DNA of 64,000 nucleotides from positions 13,994 to 77,993 of the forward strand of contig JAPPHY010000002.1 of assembly GCA_028877205.1 (NCBI GenBank). Reading direction: 5' to 3'. The DNA comes from Chloroflexota bacterium. Its GTDB lineage: Bacteria; Chloroflexota; Dehalococcoidia; Lucifugimonadales; UBA2985. Position 1 is the stretch's first letter. Each line of letters begins with the position of its first letter. Position numbers and translations under genes: made by a program. The notes below the pieces were generated by a model, which was given only the letters and a program-made list of their open reading frames with translations, did no database searches and was not told where the DNA came from. Of this stretch, positions 1 through 12,580 are shown one piece after another.

Positions 1-105
1 CCCGTGCGGGTGCACACCAGCAGGTAGGCGTTGTTGTCGAAGGGGCCGCAGGAGGTCTTGTAGACGCGGACCTCTCCGTCCGTGAACAGAGGCATTTCCA
101 CCTCC
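1..105 (-). CDS. MBL-fold metallo-hydrolase, N-terminal fragment (gene runs off the window)
   Basis: Reverse strand has ATG at 105 reading MPLFTDGEVRVYKTSCGPFDNNAYLLVCTRT, which resembles N-termini of glyoxalase-II-like MBL hydrolases. It is too short to appear in the ORF track. Confidence 0.45.
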
Positions 106-142
106 CGGTCAGTGGGGATTGGTGAGTCGGAGTGCCCGACTT

Positions 143-427
143 CTAGGCGCCGGCCTCGGGCGGCATGGGGTGAACCTCGCGGTCGAAGTCCACAGGGGCG
201 CTGCCCACGAAGATGTCCCACGGCTCGAAGCCCTCGACGAAAGCCTTGGCCTCCTCCATGGTGGCAAAGCCCTTCTGGGCGCGGCCCGGGTCGTATCCGA
301 AGGTCCTGGCCAGGGCGTCGAAGCCGCGCGGCGTACGGCGGACGCCGCCCACCTCTTCCTGTCGGCCGTCCTCGGCATCGAGGATGAGCCTCTGGCCCGT
401 CCTGTGTTCTCTCCAGTAGACCTTCAT
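143..427 (-). CDS. hypothetical protein (94 aa)
   Basis: ORF 143..502. The internal ATG at 427 (MKVYWREHRTG) is preceded by GGAG. No recognisable domain. Confidence 0.4.
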   Translation of the reverse strand: MKVYWREHRTGQRLILDAEDGRQEEVGGVRRTPRGFDALARTFGYDPGRAQKGFATMEEAKAFVEGFEPWDIFVGSAPVDFDREVHPMPPEAGA

Positions 428-589
428 GGCAAGCTCCAACCGAGGTTTGGATGAATGGCTGTGCGCAGAGCCGATTATATCCGGCGGCACGGGGAGAGGC
501 AAGCCAGCGTGCAGGATGCCCGTTCAAGTCCTTCGGCCGCCTGTACCGCCCTTGATGCTTTACCGAAGGGATATTGGGCGCGCGCCGGC

Positions 590-994
590 CTACGTCTCGT
601 GTCGTACCAGGACGGCCCGGGCCAGGCGTGAGAGGTCCCGGTCGAAGGTGTAGAGCGGGTCGGCTCCTGCTCTTTTGGCAGCCGCGAGAATCATCAGGTC
701 GGAGAAGTCCGCCGCTCCCTGACGGTATCGATACGCAGCCACGGCCACGTCATCGGCGTCCTCCACAGCCAGGCTGTCCGAGGCCGTCAGGTCCATTAGC
801 GCGGCGGCCACGGTGACTCGGTTGAAGCCATAGCTTCTCTCCAGAACCCAAGCCAGCTCCACCATCACCTCACGACAGACGAATCCCGGGTCTTCGGGCG
901 TCAACGCCGCAACCAGCGCACGGGCAGCCTCCGCCTGTGCCGCGTCGTCACCTACGAGGTAGCGTACAAGCACGTTGGTATCGAGCGCGGTCAA
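590..994 (-). CDS. vapC: PIN-domain toxin, VapC family
   Basis: N-terminus ALDTNVLVRYL with a conserved acidic residue and a later FDRD motif. It overlaps the upstream antitoxin gene by 4 nt. Confidence 0.8.
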   Translation of the reverse strand: MTALDTNVLVRYLVGDDAAQAEAARALVAALTPEDPGFVCREVMVELAWVLERSYGFNRVTVAAALMDLTASDSLAVEDADDVAVAAYRYRQGAADFSDLMILAAAKRAGADPLYTFDRDLSRLARAVLVRHET

Positions 995-1224
995 CCTTTC
1001 GATGCCCCCTCAGCGATGGCTCGCTCCATCTCTTCCAGGGTCACCACGGGGCCGTCATATCTCAGGCTGCGAAACAGCAAGCTCGTGGGGCGCACCGGCA
1101 TGATCAGCGCCCCCTCGTCCAGCACCACGTAGCGCACCTTGTCACCAGGCTTGAGTGCAAGAGAGTCCCTTATCGCCTTGGGCAGGGTGGTCTGGCCCTT
1201 CATGGTTATGGTTGAATCCAACAT
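991..1224 (-). CDS. vapB: AbrB/MazE/SpoVT-type antitoxin (VapB-like)
   Basis: KGQTTLPKAIRDSLALKPGDKV swapped-hairpin motif. 77 aa, translationally coupled to the PIN gene. Confidence 0.75.
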   Translation of the reverse strand: MLDSTITMKGQTTLPKAIRDSLALKPGDKVRYVVLDEGALIMPVRPTSLLFRSLRYDGPVVTLEEMERAIAEGASKG

Positions 1225-1425
1225 AAGGTTTGCCCCTCAGGCCATCGACATAGTTGATTGCCTTACACTATAAGGCAAAGTAATGCCGAATACAACTGAG
1301 TATGACAGTTGGTGTGAACGTGACGACGATTCCGGGCTGGACTCTGGCGAGTTGCAGATGCGGCTGGTAAACTAGCCTCGTCGAAGAAACAAGCCCCGCT
1401 CAATCCACGCTGCCAGGGAGGCCAG

Positions 1426-2463
1426 ATGAAGGCTGTATTCATTGAGGAACAGGGAGACGTCGACAAGCTGATCTACGGCGACAGGCCGGACCCCTCGGCG
1501 GGCCACGGCGAGGTGGTGATTCGCGTGCGAGCCAGCGCGCTCAACCACCTCGACCTCGGCGTGCGATCGGGCCGAGGGCGTGGCCCCGGCTCGCTGCCGC
1601 GAATCCTCGGCTGCGACATGGCGGGCGAGGTGCATGAGCTGGGCGCAGGCGTGACCGGCCTGGCGGTCGGCGACAGGGTGCTGGTGGACAACCGCATCAA
1701 GTGCGACGCCTGCACTCCTTGTCTCCAGGGCACGGACCAGTCCTGCGAGCGGCAGCTCAGGATTGGCGTGGACGTCGACGGAGGCCACGCCGAGCTTTGC
1801 AGCGTCCCGGCCGTCAACGTCCACCGGTTTCGCGACTCCATGACGTTCGAGGAGGCGGCCGCCATCCCGCTCGCCTTTCACGCGGCGTGGCACTGCCTGA
1901 TGGTGCGCGCCGAGCTCAAGCCCTGGGAGACGATCCTGGTGCAGGCCGGAGGCAGCGGCGTGGGAAGCGCGGCCATTCAGATCGCCAAGCGCATCGGCGC
2001 AAGGGTCATCACAACCGCAGGGTCGGACGAGAAGCTGGCTGTGGCCCACGAGCAGGGCGCTGACGAGGGCATCAACTACCGCACCACGCCGGAGTTCAGC
2101 CGGGCTGTAATGGATCTGACGGGCGGCGCGGGCGTCGATGCAGTGTTGGACGTGGTGGGCGCGGCGGTATGGAGAGAGAACCTCCTCAGCCTCAGACCCT
2201 TTGGACGGCTGGTGATCACGGGCACCACGTCCGGGTCGCAGTCGGACATGGACCTGTCGCTGCTGCAGGGGCGTCCGCTTACACTGATGGGCAGCGGCGG
2301 CCGCACGCGCCGCTCGTTTGCCGAGATGATGAGCGTGGTCAACCGCGGCGAGCTTCGAGGCGTAGTCGGGCGCGTGTTCGAGCTTCAGGAGGTGGGCGAG
2401 GCGCACCGCACGATGGAGAGCCGCGACTTCTACGGGAAGCTAGTGGTGCGTAGTCCGGGCTGA
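1426..2463 (+). CDS. zinc-type alcohol dehydrogenase / NADPH:quinone oxidoreductase (MDR superfamily)
   Basis: GroES-like N-terminus (GEVVIRVRASALNHLD), nucleotide-binding VQAGGSGVGSAAIQIAK, 345 aa. Confidence 0.85.
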   Translation: MKAVFIEEQGDVDKLIYGDRPDPSAGHGEVVIRVRASALNHLDLGVRSGRGRGPGSLPRILGCDMAGEVHELGAGVTGLAVGDRVLVDNRIKCDACTPCLQGTDQSCERQLRIGVDVDGGHAELCSVPAVNVHRFRDSMTFEEAAAIPLAFHAAWHCLMVRAELKPWETILVQAGGSGVGSAAIQIAKRIGARVITTAGSDEKLAVAHEQGADEGINYRTTPEFSRAVMDLTGGAGVDAVLDVVGAAVWRENLLSLRPFGRLVITGTTSGSQSDMDLSLLQGRPLTLMGSGGRTRRSFAEMMSVVNRGELRGVVGRVFELQEVGEAHRTMESRDFYGKLVVRSPG

Positions 2464-2478
2464 CGGTCGGTCAGGCGG

Positions 2479-2664
2479 CTAGAAACGCAGTGCCACGCCG
2501 ACAGCCAGCACTAGGACCAGGAGTAGCGCTGAGCATACGCCCACGGGCGCGGGCATGAAGGCGCCGCGCGGGTGCCTGTGGGCCAGGTGCAGACGGCGGT
2601 TACGACGGGGCTCGATGGCCACGGTCTCCCGCACTACTCCTTCGGGTTCGCGTACACTTGTCAT
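2479..2664 (-). CDS. small tail-anchored membrane protein, hypothetical
   Basis: 61-aa ORF with one C-terminal hydrophobic helix (CSALLLVLVLAVGVAL). No homology recognised. Confidence 0.2.
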   Translation of the reverse strand: MTSVREPEGVVRETVAIEPRRNRRLHLAHRHPRGAFMPAPVGVCSALLLVLVLAVGVALRF

Positions 2665-2761
2665 CGCCTATGCTCTCGTGCTTCACTGGATGCTGACTTC
2701 ACGTTAACCATATCGGTTAGTGCGCACTTTGTCAAGGAGTTGCACGCGCATTCGCAGGCGG

Positions 2762-2774
2762 TTAGCGTGGCTAA
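2762..2774. promoter_or_regulatory. palindrome TTAGC-GTG-GCTAA upstream of ferritin (possible iron-box-like operator)
   Basis: 5-3-5 inverted repeat overlapping the -35 region of a TATATT -10 element at 2792..2797. Its half-sites resemble DtxR/IdeR TTAGG/CCTAA boxes. Confidence 0.25.
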
Positions 2775-2859
2775 GAGGTAGCCTCTCATGCTATATTGGG
2801 GTAACGCTGCGGGTCTTGCCCGACGCGAGCCAACAAACCCGCATTTGGAGGTTCTCCCG

Positions 2860-3357
2860 ATGATCAGCACTACCCTTCAGGACGCGTTCAACAAGCAGAT
2901 TGGCAACGAGCTGAGCGCGGCCCACCTGTACCTGTCCATGGCGGCATTCTTCGAGTCGCTGAGCCTGCCTGGCTTCGCCAAGTGGATGCGGCTCCAGCAC
3001 CAGGAAGAGACTGCGCATGCCTTGAAGATCTTCGACTTCCTGGTCGACAGGAACGGACGGGTGAGCCTCCAGGCCATCAATGCCCCGGCATCAGAGTTTG
3101 AGTCTGTTGAGGCGGCGGTTGCCCTGGCTCTGGATCACGAGCGCCGAGTGACGGCCGACATCTACGCTCTGCACGAGCTTGCACAGAAGGAGCGTGACTA
3201 TGCCTCCCACGTGCTGCTCGAGTGGTTTGCCGCGGAGCAGGTGGAGGAGGAGAAGACACTGGAGGAGGTTGTCGACCACGTCCGCATGGTCAAGGACGAT
3301 GGGGCAGGCCTGCTGATTCTGGACCAGCGGCTAGGTAGCCGGACCACCGCGGAGTAG
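2860..3357 (+). CDS. ftn: ferritin (non-heme, Ftn-type)
   Basis: ORF 2788..3357. Preferred ATG at 2860 follows GGAG. Di-iron ligand pattern in ELSAAHLYLSMA and LQHQEETAHALKIFDF. Confidence 0.85.
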   Translation: MISTTLQDAFNKQIGNELSAAHLYLSMAAFFESLSLPGFAKWMRLQHQEETAHALKIFDFLVDRNGRVSLQAINAPASEFESVEAAVALALDHERRVTADIYALHELAQKERDYASHVLLEWFAAEQVEEEKTLEEVVDHVRMVKDDGAGLLILDQRLGSRTTAE

Positions 3358-3409
3358 AAGCATTGCGTCTCGCCAGCGTTCATAGTAAGAATCGATCGGG
3401 GGCGGAGAT

Positions 3410-3838
3410 ATGACGGAAGAACGGCAGCCGGTGGCGCGTACCTCTCACACGGAGATCACGCTCGATCAGCTCGGGAACATGCAGCCCGGCCTGGCGCGCC
3501 TGATGGCCGAGATAAGCGACCGCTACTGGATCCTGTACTACGCCGCGAAGGCGGGCAACTGGAAGCTCGCCGCCCTGCAGTCGTCGGAGGTCGAGAAGGC
3601 GCTGCGGATCGGCAACGTTACCAGGCCCCGCTACACGCCGCACGTGGAGGCGTTCATCAAGGGGCCGCTGACTGCCATCAACCGCGCCATCGAGGTTCGA
3701 GACTGGGACGCCTTCGAGCGGGGCTACAATGCCGGCGTCACCGCGGCCAACGCCTACCACCGCGAGTACGACCACGAGGAGATCGTGTGGCAGCTGCCGG
3801 ACGAGCCGCCCAAGCACCTTCGGCTCTCGCCGGAGTAG
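3410..3838 (+). CDS. hypothetical protein (142 aa)
   Basis: Clean ORF with protein-like composition. No family recognised. Confidence 0.5.
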   Translation: MTEERQPVARTSHTEITLDQLGNMQPGLARLMAEISDRYWILYYAAKAGNWKLAALQSSEVEKALRIGNVTRPRYTPHVEAFIKGPLTAINRAIEVRDWDAFERGYNAGVTAANAYHREYDHEEIVWQLPDEPPKHLRLSPE

Positions 3839-3871
3839 GCGCGCGGGCGGACACGACCACGGAGGCGGCTC

Positions 3872-4807
3872 ATGAGCGATAGCATGGCGGACGGCGTGCG
3901 GTCGCCAAACCGAATCGTGCTAGGCGACAACCTGGACGTGCTGCGAACCGTCGAGGACGGCGAGGCCTCGCTCGTGTACATCGACCCGCCGTTCAACACC
4001 GGCCGCGTGCAGCGGCGCGAGCGCCTGCGCACCGAGCGTGACGAGGAGTCCGGCGACCGCACGGGGTTCCAGGGGCGCAGGTATCGCACCACCAAGCTGG
4101 GCGTCCGCTCATTCCCGGACGCCTTCGAGGACTTCCTGGACTTCATCGAGCCTAGACTTGAGGAAGCCGAGCGTATCCTGTCGCCAACCGGCTCGCTGTT
4201 CCTGCACCTGGACTACCGGGAGGTCCACTACTGCAAGGTGCTGCTCGACGGCATCTTCGGAGTCGAGAGCTTCATGAACGAGATCATCTGGGCATACGAC
4301 TACGGCGGCCGCCCGAAGGGACGTTGGCCGGCAAAGCACGACTCGCTGCTGTGGTACGTGAAGGACCCGGCCCGCTACACCTTCAACTACGATGAGATCG
4401 ACCGCATCCCGTACAGGGCGCCGGGACTCGTGGGAGAGGAGAAGGCGGCTCGAGGCAAGACGCCCACGGACGTGTGGTGGCAGACCATTGTGCCCACCAA
4501 CGGCCGCGAGCGCACGGGCTACCCGACCCAAAAGCCCCTCGCCATCCTTGAGCGCATCGTGAGGGTGCACTCCAACCCCGGCGAGCTGGTGATCGACTTC
4601 TTCGCGGGCTCCGGCACCACGGGCGAGGCGGCGGCTCTCAACGGGCGGCGGTACTTTATGGTGGACAGCAGCGAGGACGCGGCGCAGGTCATGGCGCGGA
4701 GGCTGGCGTTCAGCAGCCCGGAGTACGTGGGGTTCACGCCGGCGCACGTGGACGCGCAGATGGAGCTGACCCATACGAGCTCTCAGGATGGCGGCGGTAC
4801 TGCGTAG
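3872..4807 (+). CDS. site-specific DNA methyltransferase, beta-class N4/N6 (N6_N4_Mtase type)
   Basis: Motif IV IDPPFNTG lies N-terminal and motif I FFAGSGTTGEAA lies C-terminal. PTQKPLAILERI is also present. Confidence 0.85.
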   Translation: MSDSMADGVRSPNRIVLGDNLDVLRTVEDGEASLVYIDPPFNTGRVQRRERLRTERDEESGDRTGFQGRRYRTTKLGVRSFPDAFEDFLDFIEPRLEEAERILSPTGSLFLHLDYREVHYCKVLLDGIFGVESFMNEIIWAYDYGGRPKGRWPAKHDSLLWYVKDPARYTFNYDEIDRIPYRAPGLVGEEKAARGKTPTDVWWQTIVPTNGRERTGYPTQKPLAILERIVRVHSNPGELVIDFFAGSGTTGEAAALNGRRYFMVDSSEDAAQVMARRLAFSSPEYVGFTPAHVDAQMELTHTSSQDGGGTA

Positions 4808-4836
4808 ACTGCATTCGTGAGACTAGGGAGACGTTA

Positions 4837-5664
4837 GTGAGCAGCCCGACAGCTGAGCTTTGGCGGCAGATGGTGGAAGCGGAGCACGCGCAGTCGGAGC
4901 GTGTGCGTGAGAAGGGCGGCGCTCCGTCGGACTCGTGGGTGCCGTATGCGGAGCGATTCAGGCCGTCGCTCGATTCCACCGATCCAATGGTGGAGCGTCT
5001 GCTCCGCGAGATAGAGCCGCATCATAGCGTACTGGACGTGGGCGCCGGGGGCGGCCGAGTCGCGTTGCCCGTGTCGCTGCACTGCCGGAGCGTGGTCGCA
5101 GTCGAGCCGTCGGAGAGCATGGGCGCAGTGCTGCGGGAGTCGGCCGATCAGCTGGGCAGGGACAATATCTCGCTCGTGGCGTCCACGTGGGAGGATGCGG
5201 AGGTGGAGCCGGCGGACGTGGTGATGTGCGTGCAGGTGCTCTACACCGTGCGTGACGTCGAGGGGTTCATCCGCAAGCTGGAGGCGCACGCGCGGGAGCA
5301 GGTGCTGGTGGTGCTCGGCGAGTATCCGCCGTACACCCAATCAAACCCGCTGTGGCCGCTCGTGCACGGCGAGGCGCGGCTGGAGCTGCCGTCGTTCCGT
5401 GACCTGATGCGCGTGCTGTGGGAGATGGGCATCAACCCGGACATGGAGATGCTGACTGCCCAGGAGCCGCGCGGCTACGAGAGCCGGGAGCGTGCGCTGG
5501 AGCAGACGCGGTCGCGGCTGTTCGTGGAGGCGGGCGGCGACGGGGAGCGGCGGCTGTCGCGTGCGCTGGAGGAACTGCTGGAGGAGTGCGACGACGGGCG
5601 GTTCAGGATACGCGGCGCGCCGGTGTTCCGGCCTGCGCTGGTGAGCTGGCGGCCGCGGGCGTAG
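4837..5664 (+). CDS. class I SAM-dependent methyltransferase
   Basis: Motif I VLDVGAGGGRVALPV. GTG start. 275 aa. Confidence 0.7.
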   Translation: MSSPTAELWRQMVEAEHAQSERVREKGGAPSDSWVPYAERFRPSLDSTDPMVERLLREIEPHHSVLDVGAGGGRVALPVSLHCRSVVAVEPSESMGAVLRESADQLGRDNISLVASTWEDAEVEPADVVMCVQVLYTVRDVEGFIRKLEAHAREQVLVVLGEYPPYTQSNPLWPLVHGEARLELPSFRDLMRVLWEMGINPDMEMLTAQEPRGYESRERALEQTRSRLFVEAGGDGERRLSRALEELLEECDDGRFRIRGAPVFRPALVSWRPRA

Positions 5665-5731
5665 GGGAGGAGGCGTCCGGCAAGACCGCTCGCTTGGCGT
5701 CGGAACGGGCGGGAAATCGCCGGCAAACTGC

Positions 5732-5760
5732 TTGACTACCCACAGGGGCGCTTGTATAAT
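5732..5760 (+). promoter_or_regulatory. sigma70-type rRNA promoter (TTGACT-17 nt-TATAAT)
   Basis: Near-consensus hexamers with 17-nt spacing about 155 nt upstream of the 23S 5' end. Confidence 0.6.
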
Positions 5761-5870
5761 GCCATTTACGTCCTGAGAAAAAGGAACGCAGAACTGGATA
5801 CCTGAGTACATACAAAACACTCAACTGGAAGCTAGTCCCAAGGCGGCTGGAAGCATCCAGGCGCCTTTTT

Positions 5871-5885
5871 TGCGCACATTAACAA
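5871..5885 (+). promoter_or_regulatory. boxA-like antitermination element in the rRNA leader
   Basis: TGCGCACATTAACAA resembles E. coli boxA TGCTCTTTAACAA. It sits just 5' of the processing stem. Confidence 0.3.
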
Positions 5886-5914
5886 CTGAATAGAGGTTTA
5901 CGGGCCTGAATGTG

Positions 5915-8933
<3,019 letters not shown>

Positions 8934-8973
8934 CATTCAGGCTCGTGGACCTCTATTCGGTTTCTCACCGCTA

Positions 8974-9048
8974 CGCGGGGTGGAGCAGTGGCAGCTCGTC
9001 GGGCTCATAACCCGAAGGTCGTTGGTTCAAATCCAACCCCCGCTACCA
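8974..9048 (+). tRNA. initiator tRNA-fMet (CAT), CCA encoded
   Basis: CGCGGGGTGGAGCAG...GGGCTCATAACCCGAAGGTCGTTGGTTCAAATCCAACCCCCGCTACCA. It is near-identical in the acceptor and anticodon stems to E. coli tRNA-fMet, including the three G-C pairs in the anticodon stem. Confidence 0.95.
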
Positions 9049-9059
9049 AGCACTTACAC

Positions 9060-9091
9060 GCGTCCCGCCACCGGCGGGACGCTGCTGTTTT
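9060..9091 (+). terminator. rho-independent terminator of the 23S-tRNAfMet transcript
   Basis: 9-bp GC-rich stem GCGTCCCGC/GCGGGACGC followed by TGCTGTTTT. Confidence 0.7.
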
Positions 9092-9107
9092 AGGGAGGTA
9101 ACGACCA

Positions 9108-9818
9108 GTGGACAGACTATACTCTGACGACCCTACTATACGAGAGGAAGAGGCCGGAAAGTACCGTGTATTTCCTAAGAAGTTGTCTGTGCCGCGAAGA
9201 TGGAAAGGACCTTGGGACTCATTTCTGAGTAGCCGAGATTTAAATGAAGGCCAAGACTGGCCGGAGAGCCTGCTGGGAATTATGAAAAGTAGGAAGTGGC
9301 CAGAGTATACGTTTGGAACTGCGAATGCATCTTGCCTTGTGGTATTGCACACGCCTGGCGGCACGAATGTGAACAAGGTCGATGAGACATTCATTCCACC
9401 CAACCTTCCAGTCTTGGGAGGCATTCCACATCCCCACAACGCGCTTTGGTACCCCACTTACAGCAGGAGCCAGACTTGGCGATCACTACACCGGTACCTA
9501 GCGCCGGCATTTGCCAGGTTGAAGAATCCTTGGAGCCAAGTGATGACGACTAACCTTGTAACGACTCCGACGAGGGCAGGAATGGTAGATGATGAGGCAA
9601 ACCTGCAAACAGTGAGAGGGGGCCTTCTTCAGTTCTTGGTAGACTTTTGCCAGCCTAAGGTAATCCTACTTTGTGGCGGACCCGTGCAAAAGGCTGCCGC
9701 AATCTGGAGACCACCGCGGGACGTTGTAGCGGTGGAGTGTACACATCCTTCATATCAACACTGGAGTGGAGAAGGGTCGAGAGTACGACAGATTGTTGAG
9801 AAGACTCTGTTTCCCTAG
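9108..9818 (+). CDS. hypothetical protein, possibly uracil-DNA-glycosylase-superfamily fold
   Basis: Pattern VVLHTPGG ... TNLVTTP ... PKVILLCGGPVQ ... CTHPSYQHW resembles UDG motif A, the central segment and motif B (HPS). Lower-GC codon usage. GTG start. Confidence 0.45.
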   Translation: MDRLYSDDPTIREEEAGKYRVFPKKLSVPRRWKGPWDSFLSSRDLNEGQDWPESLLGIMKSRKWPEYTFGTANASCLVVLHTPGGTNVNKVDETFIPPNLPVLGGIPHPHNALWYPTYSRSQTWRSLHRYLAPAFARLKNPWSQVMTTNLVTTPTRAGMVDDEANLQTVRGGLLQFLVDFCQPKVILLCGGPVQKAAAIWRPPRDVVAVECTHPSYQHWSGEGSRVRQIVEKTLFP

Positions 9819-9996
9819 CGCGCCCTTTCGGTAGTATCACTAGTACCCCACCTGGGATGGCCCCTGCGTCCGCGAGACAGGCGGGCGGTGGAGGGCAGGT
9901 AGGTTTAGTTCCCTGCCCGCCAACGCACGTGTCTCCGCCCGCCATCCGTGTGCTGCGATGCTCCGAAAACAGCCTTCCGGCGCACCGCCTTCGGTG

Positions 9997-10842
9997 TCAA
10001 CGGTCGGCGAAGGGCCCGCCGTCTACGAGTTCGTAGCGACGCTGGGTTCTACCGCCATCGAAGTGCACGGTAATGAGGTAGAGGTGCATCTCGACCTCTG
10101 TAGCGAGCAGATCATGGGTGCCATCGTCCACGTCCTGCTGCTCAAGTCGATCAGCCGCTCCTTGAGGGTTGTCCGCGTGCGCTTCGGTCTTGCTGCCGGG
10201 GATCCTCAGTGCCCGCACAGGTGCGTCAACCTTGCGTCCCGGCGCCAGCAGTGAGTCGGTCCAATGCTCAGTTGTCCAGTTGTCACTGAAGCCCTGCAGC
10301 TGCTCTATCGATGTCGGTTCTCCAAATGGGTCTTCGCTGACTTGACTGATGCCCGTGCACTGCCAGGCCCACCTGGTCACTTCCATGGCATCGTTTGTCT
10401 CCGCCGCCCTGGGTACACAGCTGTTCACGTCGGGAACTGTGTAGTCGGCTGCATTAACGGGGCTGCGAGTGTCCTCAAGCTGGAAGCCATAGCGATACAT
10501 GAGCCTGAATCGCTGGATGGTGTATCGGTCAACGTTGCTATACCTGCTGGCCCACTTGCTCCAGTCGATGCTGTATCCTCCGTCGGAGCGAATGGTCTTG
10601 ACCGAGAATGAGTTTCTCTTGCATAGCACTGCACTGCCTGCATCCAGCTGCTGCCTACACTCCTCCATAGTTGTCGGACTCTCGTAGTCAACCTGCTGGA
10701 ATACTCCCGGTGAGCCCTGTGCCAGCGACAGCGATAGGGCGAAGAGCGCAAACGCAACGGCGGTTGCGGCAGTGATCGTCAGTGCGATTGCGGGGCGGTT
10801 CCAGGAGAGCCATTCTGTGTAACGCATTCTTGATCCTCCCAA
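9997..10842 (-). CDS. exported or membrane-anchored hypothetical protein
   Basis: N-terminal hydrophobic helix (IALTITAATAVAFALFALSLSLA) followed by a Cys-containing soluble domain. The start may be the ATG at 10827. Confidence 0.55.
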   Translation of the reverse strand: MGGSRMRYTEWLSWNRPAIALTITAATAVAFALFALSLSLAQGSPGVFQQVDYESPTTMEECRQQLDAGSAVLCKRNSFSVKTIRSDGGYSIDWSKWASRYSNVDRYTIQRFRLMYRYGFQLEDTRSPVNAADYTVPDVNSCVPRAAETNDAMEVTRWAWQCTGISQVSEDPFGEPTSIEQLQGFSDNWTTEHWTDSLLAPGRKVDAPVRALRIPGSKTEAHADNPQGAADRLEQQDVDDGTHDLLATEVEMHLYLITVHFDGGRTQRRYELVDGGPFADR

Positions 10843-11031
10843 TTGTGTCCTTCAAGCTGCTGACGGGGTCTTCAGATGAAGATGACCCGACGAAGCACTC
10901 TGCTCGGAGCTTCTGCAAATCACGCTCCTTTCTCCTGTGAATTGCAGCTACCACTATCGCCTGTGCTCCTCGACGAGTCTGTGCAAAGGCAATTATTGAC
11001 GCTTCAAACTATGAGTGTGCATAATTAATTC

Positions 11032-12390
11032 ATGGCCGAACTTGATGTGCAGCGATTCAGAGCGGCCCAAGTGGGATTCGTGATGAGGTCATACCGCGAA
11101 TCCTTCTTGGCGAGAGGCGGCCGCCGAGGTCTGACGCAGGAAGCGCTGTTGGAGCGCATGGGGTCGGTGGACAGTGAGTACGCGGAGCGATACAGCCATG
11201 CTACAGTTTCGCGATGGGAGTCTGGCGCCACCCGCCCTTCCCTGCAGCGGATTCAGGTCTTTGGCAAAGCGCTCAACCTGTCACGGACTGAGGTAGCGGG
11301 CCTGATATTGCTGGCCGGGCTGGCCCAGGACTTTCAAGCGGCCTTGCGTCAAGTCACCGGGAGCGAGCGGGGCGAAGTCATTGGCCATCGGGCAGCACGG
11401 GAGCAGATGCACATACCCAACGGTGCGGACACCGCGATACCTACGCCAATCCTCGTGATTGCAATCCGCTTTTGGCTCTTCAGGGTACTTCCGCTTGGGA
11501 TGTGCATAGTTGGCGGCTATGCCCTGTCGCTCTTCGGCTGGAACAATGGCTGGATGCCCACCGGGTACGTGCATCTTGTGGTGGGGATCGTGCTGGCGCA
11601 GGGATTCTTGCTCCCGGATCGAGACGCTCCCCTCCGGGAGTTCTTCTGGGTCTCGCTTTTCTTCCTGCTGACTACGCCCATGTTGCAGTTCGCCTCGATG
11701 CGCACGGACCACTACGGCTTCTATGCGATCGGGAATCTAGGCGGCACCCAGATGCCTTATATGCTGGCCCTTATGTCCAATCTGGCGTTGGCATCTGCCG
11801 CCGGGATGATGTTTCATCTGCTGTGGAGACGGCAATACTCCGGCGATAGCCGCGGAAACAGCACCCTCCGGCGTGCGGCCTCGGTGGCTCTAACTCCCGT
11901 GATACTCGCATACGCGGTCGTCGTTGTATTCGCGAACACTTCGGTATCCATCCAGCTGGCCGTACTGCTGCCGGTGCTGGGCGCCGTCTTCACCGTGTTA
12001 TTGGTCTTGCGTGACCCTGCCTTTAGTCTCAGCGAGCGCGACCGGCTATACCTGCTCTGGACAGTCCCCGTACTAGCTATGCTCTCGGCTATGGTGGGAA
12101 TCGGTGTCATGTTCGCCATTTACCTGTCGCCTCACATGCCGAGCGTTCTCCCGGACCACAATCTGGTGAGTTCCTGGGAAATCAACTTTTCGGAGCTGGG
12201 CTTGACTCGCGAAGAGGCGTTGGACCGGCTAAACCTGGGATACATTTGGCACGCGATATTGGCCTTCGCCTACACGCTCTTTGTCGTCGGAGGCAACCTG
12301 ATTGTTGCCATCTACCGAATCGACGGAAGACCCAGTAAGTCGTCAGCGATAATGGGTCACACACCAGGGGCCGACAACCCGACCCCCTAA
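11032..12390 (+). CDS. XRE-family HTH domain fused to a polytopic membrane domain
   Basis: N-terminus LTQEALLERMG...HATVSRWESGATRPSLQRIQVFGKAL is a Cro/C1-type HTH. About 8 or more hydrophobic helices follow. Confidence 0.7.
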   Translation: MAELDVQRFRAAQVGFVMRSYRESFLARGGRRGLTQEALLERMGSVDSEYAERYSHATVSRWESGATRPSLQRIQVFGKALNLSRTEVAGLILLAGLAQDFQAALRQVTGSERGEVIGHRAAREQMHIPNGADTAIPTPILVIAIRFWLFRVLPLGMCIVGGYALSLFGWNNGWMPTGYVHLVVGIVLAQGFLLPDRDAPLREFFWVSLFFLLTTPMLQFASMRTDHYGFYAIGNLGGTQMPYMLALMSNLALASAAGMMFHLLWRRQYSGDSRGNSTLRRAASVALTPVILAYAVVVVFANTSVSIQLAVLLPVLGAVFTVLLVLRDPAFSLSERDRLYLLWTVPVLAMLSAMVGIGVMFAIYLSPHMPSVLPDHNLVSSWEINFSELGLTREEALDRLNLGYIWHAILAFAYTLFVVGGNLIVAIYRIDGRPSKSSAIMGHTPGADNPTP

Positions 12391-12580
12391 GTCGTCGCCA
12401 CCGACCTCTAGAGTTGACCCTGCGCAGAGATATGCGTTTCAGGTTGGCAGAGACCACCAATAGGCACTCTATCCAGGCAAGCCATCAGTTTGAGACCGGT
12501 TGGCAAGCTGCGTTGGGGCAGTGACTGTCAAATGTGCTTTCGCCAACGCCCGCTTCTCTGCCCACTAGCGGTGTGCTACC

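Noticed and set aside
8934-9107. An expected 5S rRNA after the 23S.
   Set aside because: Only ~40 nt separate the 23S from tRNA-fMet, and a terminator follows. No 5S-like conserved blocks were seen here or in the other intergenic gaps I read. A covariance-model scan is still needed.
9958-10254. 98-aa plus-strand ORF starting MLRKQPSGAPP, similar to the HNH gene start.
   Set aside because: The similarity comes from the duplicated 82-bp DNA segment. The remainder is antisense to the better-supported gene 9997..10842.
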